From IMG/VR virus record IMGVR_UViG_2932987669_000001, positions 1 through 20,544 of that record: 20,544 nucleotides of DNA, one strand, 5' to 3'. Shown here in pieces: positions 8,591-17,760 of the stretch (its first letter is position 1; the number at the start of each line of letters is the position of its first letter). The position numbers were made by a program, and so were the translations under genes. Under the pieces are notes generated by a model. The model saw only the letters and a program-made list of their open reading frames with translations, had not been told where the DNA came from and did not search any database. Source of the DNA: a virus.

Positions 8591-9307
8591 GTGAAACTCC
8601 CCACCGAAAAGCAACCCAAGAACCAATCACTCATTTCCCAAACCGTCCTGTTGTACGGCCCAAACAAAATCGGCAAAACCGAGCTGTGCGCCCAGATTCC
8701 CGACACGCTGTTCCTCGCTACCGAAGCGGGCCACAACCATGTCGAGGCATTCGTCCAACCGATCAAGAACTGGGAGGATTTCCTTAAGGCGTGTGCCGAG
8801 ATTGCGAAGATGGACCATTCCTTCAAGGTCATCTGCATCGACACGGTCACAAACCTGCTGTGCTTCTGCACGGACCATGTGTGCGCGCAGCACGGCATCC
8901 AGCACGAAAGCGACATGGGCTACGGCAAAGGTTATGCGTTGGTGCGCAACGAGTTCATCCGTGCCCTGACCAAGTTGAGCATGCTCCCGGTCGGCCTTTG
9001 GATGACCGCGCACAGCACCGAGAAGGCCATCGAAACCCGAACCGGCACGCGAACGCGGATCGTGCCGAACCTCCCGGAGAAGATGGGACAGTTCATTCTC
9101 GACTTGGCCGACATCGTGGCGCTGTGCTCGGTAGATCGAAATGAGAAGGGACTAAACCAGGCCGAACGGGTGATCTACACCAAGCCAAGTCCGGACTACG
9201 TCGCCGGTGACCGTTCAGGTCGGCTGGAGGCCAAGCTGCCCATGACCTACGCGGCTCTGGCCAAAGCCTTCGAGGCCACCACCCCCGAACCCCAAACCCA
9301 AGCCTAA
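8591..9307 (+). CDS. AAA_24 / Sak4-like phage ATPase (single-strand annealing recombinase family)
   Basis: Walker A YGPNKIGKT, Walker B VICIDTVT, GYGKGY, MTAHS, AGDRSG; AAGGAG RBS. Confidence 0.85.
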   Translation: MKLPTEKQPKNQSLISQTVLLYGPNKIGKTELCAQIPDTLFLATEAGHNHVEAFVQPIKNWEDFLKACAEIAKMDHSFKVICIDTVTNLLCFCTDHVCAQHGIQHESDMGYGKGYALVRNEFIRALTKLSMLPVGLWMTAHSTEKAIETRTGTRTRIVPNLPEKMGQFILDLADIVALCSVDRNEKGLNQAERVIYTKPSPDYVAGDRSGRLEAKLPMTYAALAKAFEATTPEPQTQA

Positions 9308-9319
9308 CCATTGAAACTC

Positions 9320-9364
9320 GGCAAGGCATGACATGGCTGCGGCTCCCGCTTGGCTAGGCAAGGA
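9320..9364 (+). repeat. Degenerate GGC-NN pentamer tract (candidate guide-like ncRNA)
   Basis: GGC AA|GGC AT|GAC AT|GGC TG|c|GGC TC|c|CGC TT|GGC TA|GGC AA|GGA; intergenic, just before the RBS of the RAMP-like gene. Confidence 0.6.
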
Positions 9365-9384
9365 CACTCAGGAGAACCAGAATA

Positions 9385-9951
9385 ATGCGACACATTCACA
9401 CAACCATCACAGGCATTACGCCCTTACTTATCAACCGATGTTCCGAGGAGACCTACGGCGGCGGACACGCGAGCGGTTCACGCCGGGCTCCGGCCGACGA
9501 AGCGGAAGCCCGGCTCTACACCGATGAAGCCGGATTCCCGGTGATTCCGCAGCCGAACCTGCTGCGCTGCATCCTCGATGCCGAGAGACTCATCCAACCC
9601 GTTCGCGATCTCCGCACAGCCGCAATCAAGGAAGACAGCTTGGTTGCCAACGGCCTCGATATCGAGGGCTACGAGATGCGGATCCAAAGCGACTGCGGCT
9701 GGGCAGTCGACGAACGGACCATTCGCATCCCGTCCACCGGAAAGCGCGTGCTGCGGTACTGGCCGATTTTCCGCGACTGGGCACTATCCTTTGAGATGAC
9801 CCTGGACACCGACTTCCTCACGGTTGCTTCACTTCGGAAACTGGTGGACATCGCCGGGAGGCGAATTGGCCTGGGTGATTTCCGGCCCGACCGCCGAGGC
9901 CCGTTCGGCAAGTTCCGGGTGACCCAGTGGCAGGTCGAGAGTGCAGCCTGA
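9385..9951 (+). CDS. Stand-alone RAMP/Cas7(Csm3)-fold-like protein
   Basis: N-terminal strand ITGITPLLI; GFPVIPQPNLLRCI (RAMP P-x-IP-xx-L helix motif); thumb-like VDERTIRIPSTGKRVLR; WALSFEMTLD; C-terminal glycine-rich loop AGRRIGLGDFRPDRRGPFGKFRV. AGGAG RBS. Confidence 0.75.
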   Translation: MRHIHTTITGITPLLINRCSEETYGGGHASGSRRAPADEAEARLYTDEAGFPVIPQPNLLRCILDAERLIQPVRDLRTAAIKEDSLVANGLDIEGYEMRIQSDCGWAVDERTIRIPSTGKRVLRYWPIFRDWALSFEMTLDTDFLTVASLRKLVDIAGRRIGLGDFRPDRRGPFGKFRVTQWQVESAA

Positions 9952-10120
9952 AATCCTGACCCGATCACTCATCCACCAGCATGCTTTCAAAGAGGAGGCG
10001 GATCGATCGAAACCCGTTTTGACCCATAGCGCAGGGACCGCCCTCGGTCGCCTACCCGCCAAGCTTCCCGCGAATCTTCAAGCCATCACCAACGCATTCG
10101 TGGGAACCGACAACACCTAG
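9941..10120 (+). CDS. Possible 59-aa ORF overlapping the RAMP gene stop
   Basis: GTG 9941 to TAG 10120 is open (VQPEILTRSLIHQHAFKEEADRSK...GTDNT); weak RBS and no recognisable motif. Confidence 0.25.
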   Translation: MQPEILTRSLIHQHAFKEEADRSKPVLTHSAGTALGRLPAKLPANLQAITNAFVGTDNT

Positions 10121-10169
10121 CGCAATCGAGTTAACCAGCTCGTTTTAAACCACAAACCACAACACCATT

Positions 10170-10241
10170 GGCTTGGATTCCCAGGTGCCTGGATGACCGA
10201 CATCCCGGCGCCCTGGCACCGCTGTGCCCGAATCCAGAGCC
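10170..10241 (+). ncRNA. Predicted three-way-junction RNA upstream of the DUF669 gene
   Basis: P1 GGCTTGGATTC/GAATCCAGAGCC; P2 GGTGCC-T-GGATG [ACCGA] CATCC-C-GGCGCC; P3 GGCAC [CGCT] GTGCC. Confidence 0.45.
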
Positions 10242-10257
10242 GCTAGGAGAAACAACC

Positions 10258-10704
10258 ATGAGTGATTTCGAACAAATCGACCTGGCCGAACTTGACAACA
10301 AGTTCGAATCCGAGGAAGCCAGCGAAACAAATCACACACCTGTGCCCGACGGCAAGTATCAGGTGAATGTGGACAAAATCGAACTGACCAGATCCAAATC
10401 CGGCAATCCGATGCTCAAGTGGACGTTGCGGATCATCGGACCCACCCAGCGCAAACGGCTGCTTTGGAAGAACAGCGTGATCACCGAGGCCAGCATCAAG
10501 TGGCTGAAAAGAGACCTGATCATTGCCGGATTGGTCCTGGCTAAATTGTCGGATTTGGAACATCGGCTTCATGAGTTGCTGGACATCCAACTGGAGGTCA
10601 AAAAGGTCACCAAGAACGACTACGAAAACATCTACCTGCAGCGACTGATCGAAATCGATGACCCCGACGCGCAGGCCAGCACCCAAGACAGTGTGCCCTT
10701 CTGA
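10258..10704 (+). CDS. DUF669-family phage protein (SSB-like)
   Basis: AGGAGA RBS before ATG 10258. PVPDGKYQVNV...SKSGNPMLKWTLRI; acidic tail ending DSVPF, typical of SSBs. Confidence 0.85.
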   Translation: MSDFEQIDLAELDNKFESEEASETNHTPVPDGKYQVNVDKIELTRSKSGNPMLKWTLRIIGPTQRKRLLWKNSVITEASIKWLKRDLIIAGLVLAKLSDLEHRLHELLDIQLEVKKVTKNDYENIYLQRLIEIDDPDAQASTQDSVPF

Positions 10705-10706
10705 CC

Positions 10707-11147
10707 ATGAACACGAAGCCCACGGTCGTCATCGATACCCGTGAGCAGCTTCCTTATGCGTTCGCCGACGAGCGGTTTAATTCCGTTCGTCGGGCGCTTC
10801 CGGCCGGTGATTACTCACTTGCCGGACACGAAACGGCCGTCGCCGTGGAACGCAAGTCCCTGCCCGACTTGGTCGGCACGCTCATTCGCGGCCGGGACCG
10901 CTTTCGCCGGGAGCTGCACAAACTCCAAACCTACGAACGGGCCTGTGTCGTTGTCGAGGGTCATCTGCGCGATGTGCTCGACGGTAACTATCGGAGCAAG
11001 GTCCACCCCAACGCCATCCTCGGTTCCGTGATTGCGATCTGCGTGGATCACGACATCCCGATCTATTTCTGCTCCGACCGCGAAGCCGCTCGCCGGTTCA
11101 CCGAAACCTATCTACTTCGATTTTTCAAAAAGGTGTGTGCGACATGA
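10707..11147 (+). CDS. ERCC4/XPF-domain nuclease (putative branched-DNA resolvase)
   Basis: VVIDTREQLP, LPAGDYSL, VAVERKSLPDL, VVVEG. Confidence 0.92.
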   Translation: MNTKPTVVIDTREQLPYAFADERFNSVRRALPAGDYSLAGHETAVAVERKSLPDLVGTLIRGRDRFRRELHKLQTYERACVVVEGHLRDVLDGNYRSKVHPNAILGSVIAICVDHDIPIYFCSDREAARRFTETYLLRFFKKVCAT

Positions 11148-13363
11148 ACAACCACGAAAACAGTACTTCCAAAACCCTGACTGGTGAAGTCTGCCGGATC
11201 ACCTATCAAAATGGACCCTTCATGATTGGGAAACTTCGAACGGAGTCAGGCGAAGTCAAGACATTCAAAGGGAACCTCTCGGCCCAGGTTGGCCAGCGCA
11301 TCACCTTGAAGGGGACTTGGAAACACCATTCCAAATTTGGTTGGCAGATGGATGTGGCTACTGTCCAGGTGTCCCTGGATCTTACACCCGAGGGTCTGTG
11401 CAACTACCTCGCCGGGAATCCAGCCTTTTCAGGTATTGGAACCGCGAAAGCTGCCGCGATCGCCGATGCCTTCGGTTCCGATTTTGAACGGGTTCTTTTC
11501 GAGGAGCCGGAGCGAATCAAGGAAGTGGCCCATGTCCCCATGGAAACGATCGAGAACATCCGGGCTGCTTGGCGCGGGAACCAGACCAACAACGAGGTGA
11601 TGGCGTACCTCTCGGCCTACGACCTGACCCACCACCAGGTCGCCACCTTGATCAGCACCTATGGGCACGATGTCGTTGGCATTTTGAAAACCAATCCCTA
11701 TCGAATCATTGAGGATGTCCCTGGTTTTGGATTCAAAAAAGCCGATGAGATTGCGTTGAAGGTAGGGGTCGCTCAGGATGCGGATTGCCGTATTGAAGCG
11801 GCCCTACGCCACAAGGTAAGGGAGGAGAAAGAAAACGCAGGTCATTGCTATGTCGACTGGGAAGCCCTTATTGAGAAGACCGAAAAGGACCTGGCTTTGG
11901 ATGCCAACGATAGCGAGGAGCGAATTGATCGTTGCCTGACCGGCCTCGTCGAAAAGGGAAAACTTGTTCAATCGTCGGTCCACGGCCGTTTCGTGCTGTC
12001 GCATCCGCTCATTTATCAATATGAGACGGAGCTCCGGGACATGTTCCACGATGCCTGGAAAACCAACTGTCACTTCGAGTACGAGGACATTGCGTCCATC
12101 ATCACCGAGGCAGATACGGGCGAGCATCAATTGCTGGCCGGTCAGCGCCAGGCCGTCGAATATGCCTTGCGGCACCGAATCGCGCTCATGAGCGGCGGTG
12201 CCGGCAGTGGCAAAACGTTCACCATTCGAAAGGTCAAGGAGATCTACGAGGAACGCAGATTGGCGGTGACCCTTTGTGCGCCAACTGGGAAAGCCGCCAA
12301 ACGAATGGAGCAGGTCACCGAGATGGATGCCTCCACCATTCACCGGTTGTTGGGGTACCAAGGGAAGCAATTCCGCCGCCTCGATAGAGATCCGATCGAT
12401 ACCGACATCATCATCGTCGATGAATTTTCCATGGTCGACGTCGAATTAGCTTGGGCCCTGTTCCAGTGCATTGACCTGGAACGGACCACGGTGCTGTTGG
12501 TAGGCGATCATAACCAGATCGAACCGGTCGGGCCGGGAAACCCGTTGCGGGACCTGATCCGGTCCAAGGCCATCCCCACGGTCATTCTTGATGAAGTGGT
12601 CCGCCAAGCGGGAGAGCTGAAAGAGAACTGCATGGCCATCCTGAAAGGCCACGTCATGCCCACTCCCAAAGGGGACGGCAGGAAGCCTTGGTACTCGGTA
12701 GAGAACTTCAAGCAGGTCACGATGGTCCAAGAATTCCTGGTGTCCCTCTACGAAGGCCGGCTGGAGCGTGGTCTTGGCTTGGACCCGGTAAAGGATGCCC
12801 AGATCCTCACCCCGCAGAGGAAAGGGCCTTTGGGGACCATTGCCCTCAACAAACTGATCCAATCGGCGGTGCAGAAACACCACTATGGAGTGATCGTCCC
12901 CCGCGTCGGCGAAAAACAGAAACCGAAGTTCTACAGACACGACAAGGTGATCCAGACGCGCAACAACTATGACTTGGGCGTCATGAACGGCGCGGTCGGT
13001 ACTGTTTTGGAAGTGGCTTCAAACGGGGTTGTGACAGTCGTGTTCGAGGATCAGACGGTATCCATCGCAGGGAAGGATTTGATAAATCTCGAACTGGCCT
13101 ATGTCCTGACGGTCCACAAGGCCCAGGGGTCCGAGTACCCCTGCGCCATTGTCGTCGCCCACGAAACCCACCAGTTCTTCAACAACCAAAACCTGCTGTA
13201 CACGGCTGTCACCCGTGCCAGGAAGACCGTCATGCTGGTCGGCGACGGCTGGGGCGCCAAAGGTGCGGCCCAGAAACGAAACGTCAACAAACGACAAACC
13301 CTTTTGGGCACCCTGCTGGCCGGAGAGCCCGTTGATTTGAAAGGAACCGCACATGCCTCGTGA
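11144..13363 (+). CDS. recD2: ATP-dependent RecD-like DNA helicase (RecD2 family, SF1B)
   Basis: HhH motifs (GIGTAKA, NPY...VPGFGFKKADEIA), GGAGSGKT, APTGKAAKR, VDEFSMVD, GDHNQIEPVGPG, VRQA, TVHKAQGSEY, LLYTAVTRARK. ATGA overlap at 11144. Confidence 0.95.
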   Translation: MNNHENSTSKTLTGEVCRITYQNGPFMIGKLRTESGEVKTFKGNLSAQVGQRITLKGTWKHHSKFGWQMDVATVQVSLDLTPEGLCNYLAGNPAFSGIGTAKAAAIADAFGSDFERVLFEEPERIKEVAHVPMETIENIRAAWRGNQTNNEVMAYLSAYDLTHHQVATLISTYGHDVVGILKTNPYRIIEDVPGFGFKKADEIALKVGVAQDADCRIEAALRHKVREEKENAGHCYVDWEALIEKTEKDLALDANDSEERIDRCLTGLVEKGKLVQSSVHGRFVLSHPLIYQYETELRDMFHDAWKTNCHFEYEDIASIITEADTGEHQLLAGQRQAVEYALRHRIALMSGGAGSGKTFTIRKVKEIYEERRLAVTLCAPTGKAAKRMEQVTEMDASTIHRLLGYQGKQFRRLDRDPIDTDIIIVDEFSMVDVELAWALFQCIDLERTTVLLVGDHNQIEPVGPGNPLRDLIRSKAIPTVILDEVVRQAGELKENCMAILKGHVMPTPKGDGRKPWYSVENFKQVTMVQEFLVSLYEGRLERGLGLDPVKDAQILTPQRKGPLGTIALNKLIQSAVQKHHYGVIVPRVGEKQKPKFYRHDKVIQTRNNYDLGVMNGAVGTVLEVASNGVVTVVFEDQTVSIAGKDLINLELAYVLTVHKAQGSEYPCAIVVAHETHQFFNNQNLLYTAVTRARKTVMLVGDGWGAKGAAQKRNVNKRQTLLGTLLAGEPVDLKGTAHAS

Positions 13364-16300
13364 TCCCCAAGTGACGCAGTACTATAAAACGTTGACCGCC
13401 GTGCCCATTTCGGACGTGGCCCGGGATCTTCTCGGCTCCCGGATCACGGAGGCGTCGGCTCACAGGCTTGAATGTGATTGCCCGCATCACCAAAGCACAT
13501 CCAAGCGAAGCTTGCACGTGTTCCTGGATACCAACTCCTGGCGGTGCTGGGGCTGTCAGGTCGGCGGGGACGTGCTTCACCTGGTCGAGTTCATCCAGTC
13601 AGGCCAATGCACCACCAAGATGCGTGGGTCCATGACGGAATCGCACAAGGCCGCGCGGGACTACCTGGCCAGCCGGTGCGGCTTGAAACCTTTGGGTGCG
13701 CATCGCAAATCCGAGGCCGAAATCAAAGCCATGGAGGAAGCATACTTCCATAAGGAGCAATGCTTGACCGCTTTGGCCGCCATTGCCGAGCTGTTCCACA
13801 GGCGATTGCTCGAAAACGCTCGGGCACTGGGTTGGATCCGCGAGAATTATGGCCTCACCATGGAAACAATCACCGATCTGAAAATCGGCATTGCCAACCT
13901 CTCCAGCCAGGAGACCATCGAGCAACTTCACACAGAATTCGGCATCGAACGCCGCGACGCGATTCGGACCGGCGCGTTCTGGCTGACCGAAAACAAAATG
14001 GCGAAGTCCCTGCTCAAGGATCGAGTCACCTTTCCCTATTGGCGCGGCGGCCGGATCGTCTCCATGATTGGACGGAAGACGCCCTGGTCAAAAAAGGACA
14101 CCATGGGCAAGTACCTGAAACTGCTGGTTCATGATCCCAAAAAGCGTCCCTACGTCGATCCCTGCATGGACAACAGCACCTTTTACAATGAGGACTGCCT
14201 GCTTCGCAAACCGGAGCAGGTGCTCATCACCGAGGGCGTGACCGATTGCATCGCGGCCATGCAGCAGGGTCTCGCCGTGATCTCGCCTGTCACAGTCGGG
14301 TTCCCAAAAAGGGATGTAGCCCGCCTGGCCGAAGCACTTGCGCACGTCAAGCACGTATTCATCTGCCAGGATAACGAATTGAGCCGGGTCGGGCTGAGCG
14401 GTGCGATCATGACGGCGACACTGTTGGAGGAGAAGCACATCGACGCGCGGATTGTCACGCTTCCGTTGGGTCGCAAACAACGAGACGCCCGCGATCAACT
14501 TCTCAAGGATTTCGGGATCGGGCCGGACTCGGATCCGAGGAACCTGAAAGCGTCACTGAGGGATCCGAGCGAGGAGGACCTGGCCACTGTCAAACGCTTG
14601 ATTGCCGACGCCAAGATTGATCTCAACGGCTATTTCACCTTGGGTTACACCGCCGAGGAATTTCAAGAGCTGCTCGCGGAGGCGAAGTCACCCATCGAGA
14701 TCAAAATTGCCCAACTCGATATCACGCTGGACGACAAGCAAAGGTTCAAGCAGCGCCAGCCGCTCATGGTGGAGATTGCCAAGTTGCCGGAATACCTCAA
14801 GGAAAAATGCTTGAAGCTCATCCAGCAACGATACGGGAAGAAGGCGATCACCCTGAAGGCACTTCGAAGCGAGCTTCGGGCCGGGAGCAAAGCCGCGAAA
14901 GCCGAAAAAAAATCCGGGGACCAGCGCCAACAGTTGGCGACCCAGCTTCAGGCCGTCAAAGAGGGGTCCTGCCAAGAGGCGATGCTCAAATATCGGTTGG
15001 CGGCTGATGATCCTTCCAGGGTCACAAATGAAGAACTGGGCCAGGTCGTGTACCAGTGGTTCAAAGAAAACGGTGCGAAGTTTTTCTACACCCAGCATGA
15101 GGAACCGTTCGTGTATTTCCAAAACGAAATCCTGGAGTCGGGTAGCCGGAATGTCGGGAGGCGACGCTCGTACCTATCCGTATTTCAAAAGCACACGGGG
15201 CTTACAAAGGAGTCTTCGTCAGGCCGGGTCATCCTCGAAACCCTGCGGAACCTTGCGCGGGAGGAGGGTGTCCAAGTCGCCAACCTAGCCTGGATTTACT
15301 CCCAGACGGACACATTCACCGTGTATTTCAACTTGAATAACGACGCCAATGAAATCGCCTGCATCTCACCTGATGGCGTGAGGCTTCTCAAGAATGGCGA
15401 CAACCCAAAAGGGATCGTGCTTCGTGAATCGGATAAGATGCGGCCGATCCAGTTTATCCCCGATGCCGACCCCGTTGAGGCAGCGAAGCTGGTCGACAGG
15501 ATCATCATGCAAAACATGACCTGTGCTGCGCATGACCGAAAGTTCGTCATGGCCTGGCTTTCTTGTTTTCTTCTCATCGATTTCGCCGGGACGCGACCCA
15601 TGACCCGTTTTGAAGGTAAGCAAGGCTCGGGCAAATCGGCAGCCGGAAAAATGATCACGACGCTCATCTATGGTGACCCTCAGTTGCGCACAAGCACCAC
15701 CCCCGCTGATTATGCCGATGCCGCGAGGAATCCGCTATGCGCCCTGGACAATGTGGAAGTGAAGAACGTCGACACTGAGAAAAACCAGTTTTTTCTTCTC
15801 GCGACGACCCAGGCCGTTCGGGAGAAGATCGCCATCGGGACCAATTCCGATGTGGTCAAGACACCGACCAAGTGCCTAATCAACACGACGGGAATCGAAC
15901 CCCTGGGTGCGGAACTCGGCGAAATCCAGACCCGGCTCTTCACCATCGAGTTCGATGAAGCGCATGGCCGATCCGGGTTCATCGAGTTTTCCGTGCTCAA
16001 TGAAATCCGAAAGCACCGAGACTACATCTTGTCAGCCTTGATGATTCGGACGGCCGGGGTTTTGGCCTTGATCAAAGCAGGCTGGCACCAAGCCGCCGTG
16101 GAATTGCTGGAGAACCGGTTGGGTAACCACAACAAGAAGCGATGCCATGACTACCTTAGCTTGATGTACCTGATGATCATCTGCATCGAGGAGCCGGAAG
16201 AAATCGTCGCCGCCCTCCAAACCCTGCGGGAATCTTTCTCCTTCATGATCGAGCGATTGAATGAAGTCACCGAGGAAACGGAGGCGGATGGGAACCAAAT

Positions 16301-16727
16301 CGCACTCGGCCTGTCGATCCTATTTCAGGCATACCGGAAAGCCCTGGAGGCTGACGAGGCGAGGCAGACCAAAGACTCCTCGGCTAGTTTTGGAGAGCGA
16401 TACCTTATCTCCTTCCATTCGCCTTTTCGGATCAAAAAGGTCTTGGCCAAGGAACTCCTGGTCAGCCTTCAGCGCGTGTTCAAGGATTTCACCGGAAAAC
16501 CATTTGGTATCCAGAACGCGCGACAGTTGGGCCACCGATTATTGAATGACCGGAAAGCCATCGAAGCAGCCGGGTTTCAACTTGAAAGAGTAAAAGGTAG
16601 CGGGAACCGGTATCGGTACACGATCGAGCAGGTCGCTTTTGATGAAGAGATGGACGCCGTGGAGGAGGCCGCAGAAAATCCCGAGCGCCAAAGTAATGAA
16701 GCCCTTGTGGTTGCCATGACCCGTTGA
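13353..16727 (+). CDS. DnaG-type primase (CHC2 Zn finger, TOPRIM) fused to a C-terminal P-loop NTPase/helicase domain
   Basis: CPHH...WRCWGC Zn finger; DRVTFP, GKYLKL; ITEGVTD and CQDNE (TOPRIM); Walker A GKQGSGKS; Walker B LCALDNV. Confidence 0.9.
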   Translation: MPRDPQVTQYYKTLTAVPISDVARDLLGSRITEASAHRLECDCPHHQSTSKRSLHVFLDTNSWRCWGCQVGGDVLHLVEFIQSGQCTTKMRGSMTESHKAARDYLASRCGLKPLGAHRKSEAEIKAMEEAYFHKEQCLTALAAIAELFHRRLLENARALGWIRENYGLTMETITDLKIGIANLSSQETIEQLHTEFGIERRDAIRTGAFWLTENKMAKSLLKDRVTFPYWRGGRIVSMIGRKTPWSKKDTMGKYLKLLVHDPKKRPYVDPCMDNSTFYNEDCLLRKPEQVLITEGVTDCIAAMQQGLAVISPVTVGFPKRDVARLAEALAHVKHVFICQDNELSRVGLSGAIMTATLLEEKHIDARIVTLPLGRKQRDARDQLLKDFGIGPDSDPRNLKASLRDPSEEDLATVKRLIADAKIDLNGYFTLGYTAEEFQELLAEAKSPIEIKIAQLDITLDDKQRFKQRQPLMVEIAKLPEYLKEKCLKLIQQRYGKKAITLKALRSELRAGSKAAKAEKKSGDQRQQLATQLQAVKEGSCQEAMLKYRLAADDPSRVTNEELGQVVYQWFKENGAKFFYTQHEEPFVYFQNEILESGSRNVGRRRSYLSVFQKHTGLTKESSSGRVILETLRNLAREEGVQVANLAWIYSQTDTFTVYFNLNNDANEIACISPDGVRLLKNGDNPKGIVLRESDKMRPIQFIPDADPVEAAKLVDRIIMQNMTCAAHDRKFVMAWLSCFLLIDFAGTRPMTRFEGKQGSGKSAAGKMITTLIYGDPQLRTSTTPADYADAARNPLCALDNVEVKNVDTEKNQFFLLATTQAVREKIAIGTNSDVVKTPTKCLINTTGIEPLGAELGEIQTRLFTIEFDEAHGRSGFIEFSVLNEIRKHRDYILSALMIRTAGVLALIKAGWHQAAVELLENRLGNHNKKRCHDYLSLMYLMIICIEEPEEIVAALQTLRESFSFMIERLNEVTEETEADGNQIALGLSILFQAYRKALEADEARQTKDSSASFGERYLISFHSPFRIKKVLAKELLVSLQRVFKDFTGKPFGIQNARQLGHRLLNDRKAIEAAGFQLERVKGSGNRYRYTIEQVAFDEEMDAVEEAAENPERQSNEALVVAMTR

Positions 16728-16833
16728 GCTAACCCGCAAGTCGAGCCCGCTGGCCGCACCCTTTGCCAAAAATGGCGATGGGCGCGGCCTATTTTGGGTA
16801 CCAGCCCTCACAAGGAAGGGCTCTGGGTGAGGC

Positions 16834-17664
16834 TCAATCCTTCGGTTTTTGGAAGCGGAGGATCGAATTGGCTGGCGCCGGTTTGATGATCTCGATGTGG
16901 TCCGCTCGCACCTGGCCGATTTGGTCAGCGTCCTTCACAAAACAAATCAGGCCATAGCCATCGCCGAATGGGAACTTGAAGGTTCCCCGATTCTGCCAAA
17001 GCGAACCTTCTGTCCAGCCCTTTGCCAAGGCTTTCGCCTGAATCGCAGCCACCTTTTCCCGTGCCGACTCGGCAACGGGCGTCCAAAACGACCAAGAGTC
17101 ATCGGCGGCTTTTTCGGGAAACAGGTAGGCTTGCTTGCGCCGGTCCTCCTCGGCGCGGTCTCGGTCCTCCGGTGCTGGTTCGAACCCCAGGCGAATCAAT
17201 GGCTCCATCGATGGAGGCTTGTAAAGGCGGGCACGAAGCGCGAACGCCTTGCGGGCTTTGTCGATCGAGTCTTCGTCGAATGTCACCAAGGCCCAGGCGT
17301 AGATTTCTTGAAAGCGCTGCGACACCTGATCGAAAAGCGCTTGCGGCATCTTACCCGTGTGGTGAGCCCACTGGACCTTTTCCATTTGTTGCCACAGCCA
17401 GGCGAAATAGATTGGGTCCAGCCGACGATAACAGGTGCCGTTCACACCAAGGTCCCCAGCGAGGCCAGTCGGCCGATCGGTTCGCCAGTAAGTACAATCC
17501 GTGGCCACGTACAGCGCCTCATCATCGCAGGACGGACGCTGGTGGGCTTGCCGGTCGTCGCAGGCTTGGCGGACGGCGACGGTATCTTCCTGCGCGGCCG
17601 CTTCCTTGGCTTGGTTGGCGAGGTAGGCTTGGTGGGTGCGGTCCAGCATCTCAAGGGTGATCAT
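16834..17664 (-). CDS. Hypothetical phage/ICE protein (two globular segments)
   Basis: 276-aa ORF with protein-like composition (YRRLDPIYFAWL; FPFGDGYGLICFV), AGGTG RBS, downstream of motif copy 6. Confidence 0.75.
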   Translation of the reverse strand: MITLEMLDRTHQAYLANQAKEAAAQEDTVAVRQACDDRQAHQRPSCDDEALYVATDCTYWRTDRPTGLAGDLGVNGTCYRRLDPIYFAWLWQQMEKVQWAHHTGKMPQALFDQVSQRFQEIYAWALVTFDEDSIDKARKAFALRARLYKPPSMEPLIRLGFEPAPEDRDRAEEDRRKQAYLFPEKAADDSWSFWTPVAESAREKVAAIQAKALAKGWTEGSLWQNRGTFKFPFGDGYGLICFVKDADQIGQVRADHIEIIKPAPANSILRFQKPKD

Positions 17665-17735
17665 GGTTCACCTACCTGAAACCGGCTGTTCAGCGTGTTC
17701 CCGGAGTGAGGGGCCGTCTGGGATGATGGGTCCAT
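17661..17735 (-). CDS. 24-aa leader ORF translationally coupled to the 276-aa gene
   Basis: AAGGAG RBS, ATG 17735, MDPSSQTAPHSGNTLNSRFQVGEP; TGA overlaps the next ATG (ATGA). Confidence 0.4.
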   Translation of the reverse strand: MDPSSQTAPHSGNTLNSRFQVGEP

Positions 17736-17760
17736 TCTGTGTGTCTCCTTTGGGAATTGG

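Noticed and set aside
7545-9951. Cas4-like nuclease plus Cas7-like gene read as a CRISPR-Cas locus
   Set aside because: No repeat-spacer array or other cas genes; the nuclease fits the usual phage exonuclease-Sak4-SSB recombination module.
9957-9988. TGACCCG half-site after the RAMP gene (also TGACCGG at 3275)
   Set aside because: No -10-like box 16 nt downstream.
16849-17679. 276-aa plus-strand ORF
   Set aside because: Antisense shadow of the minus-strand gene, which has the RBS, the promoter motif and protein-like composition.
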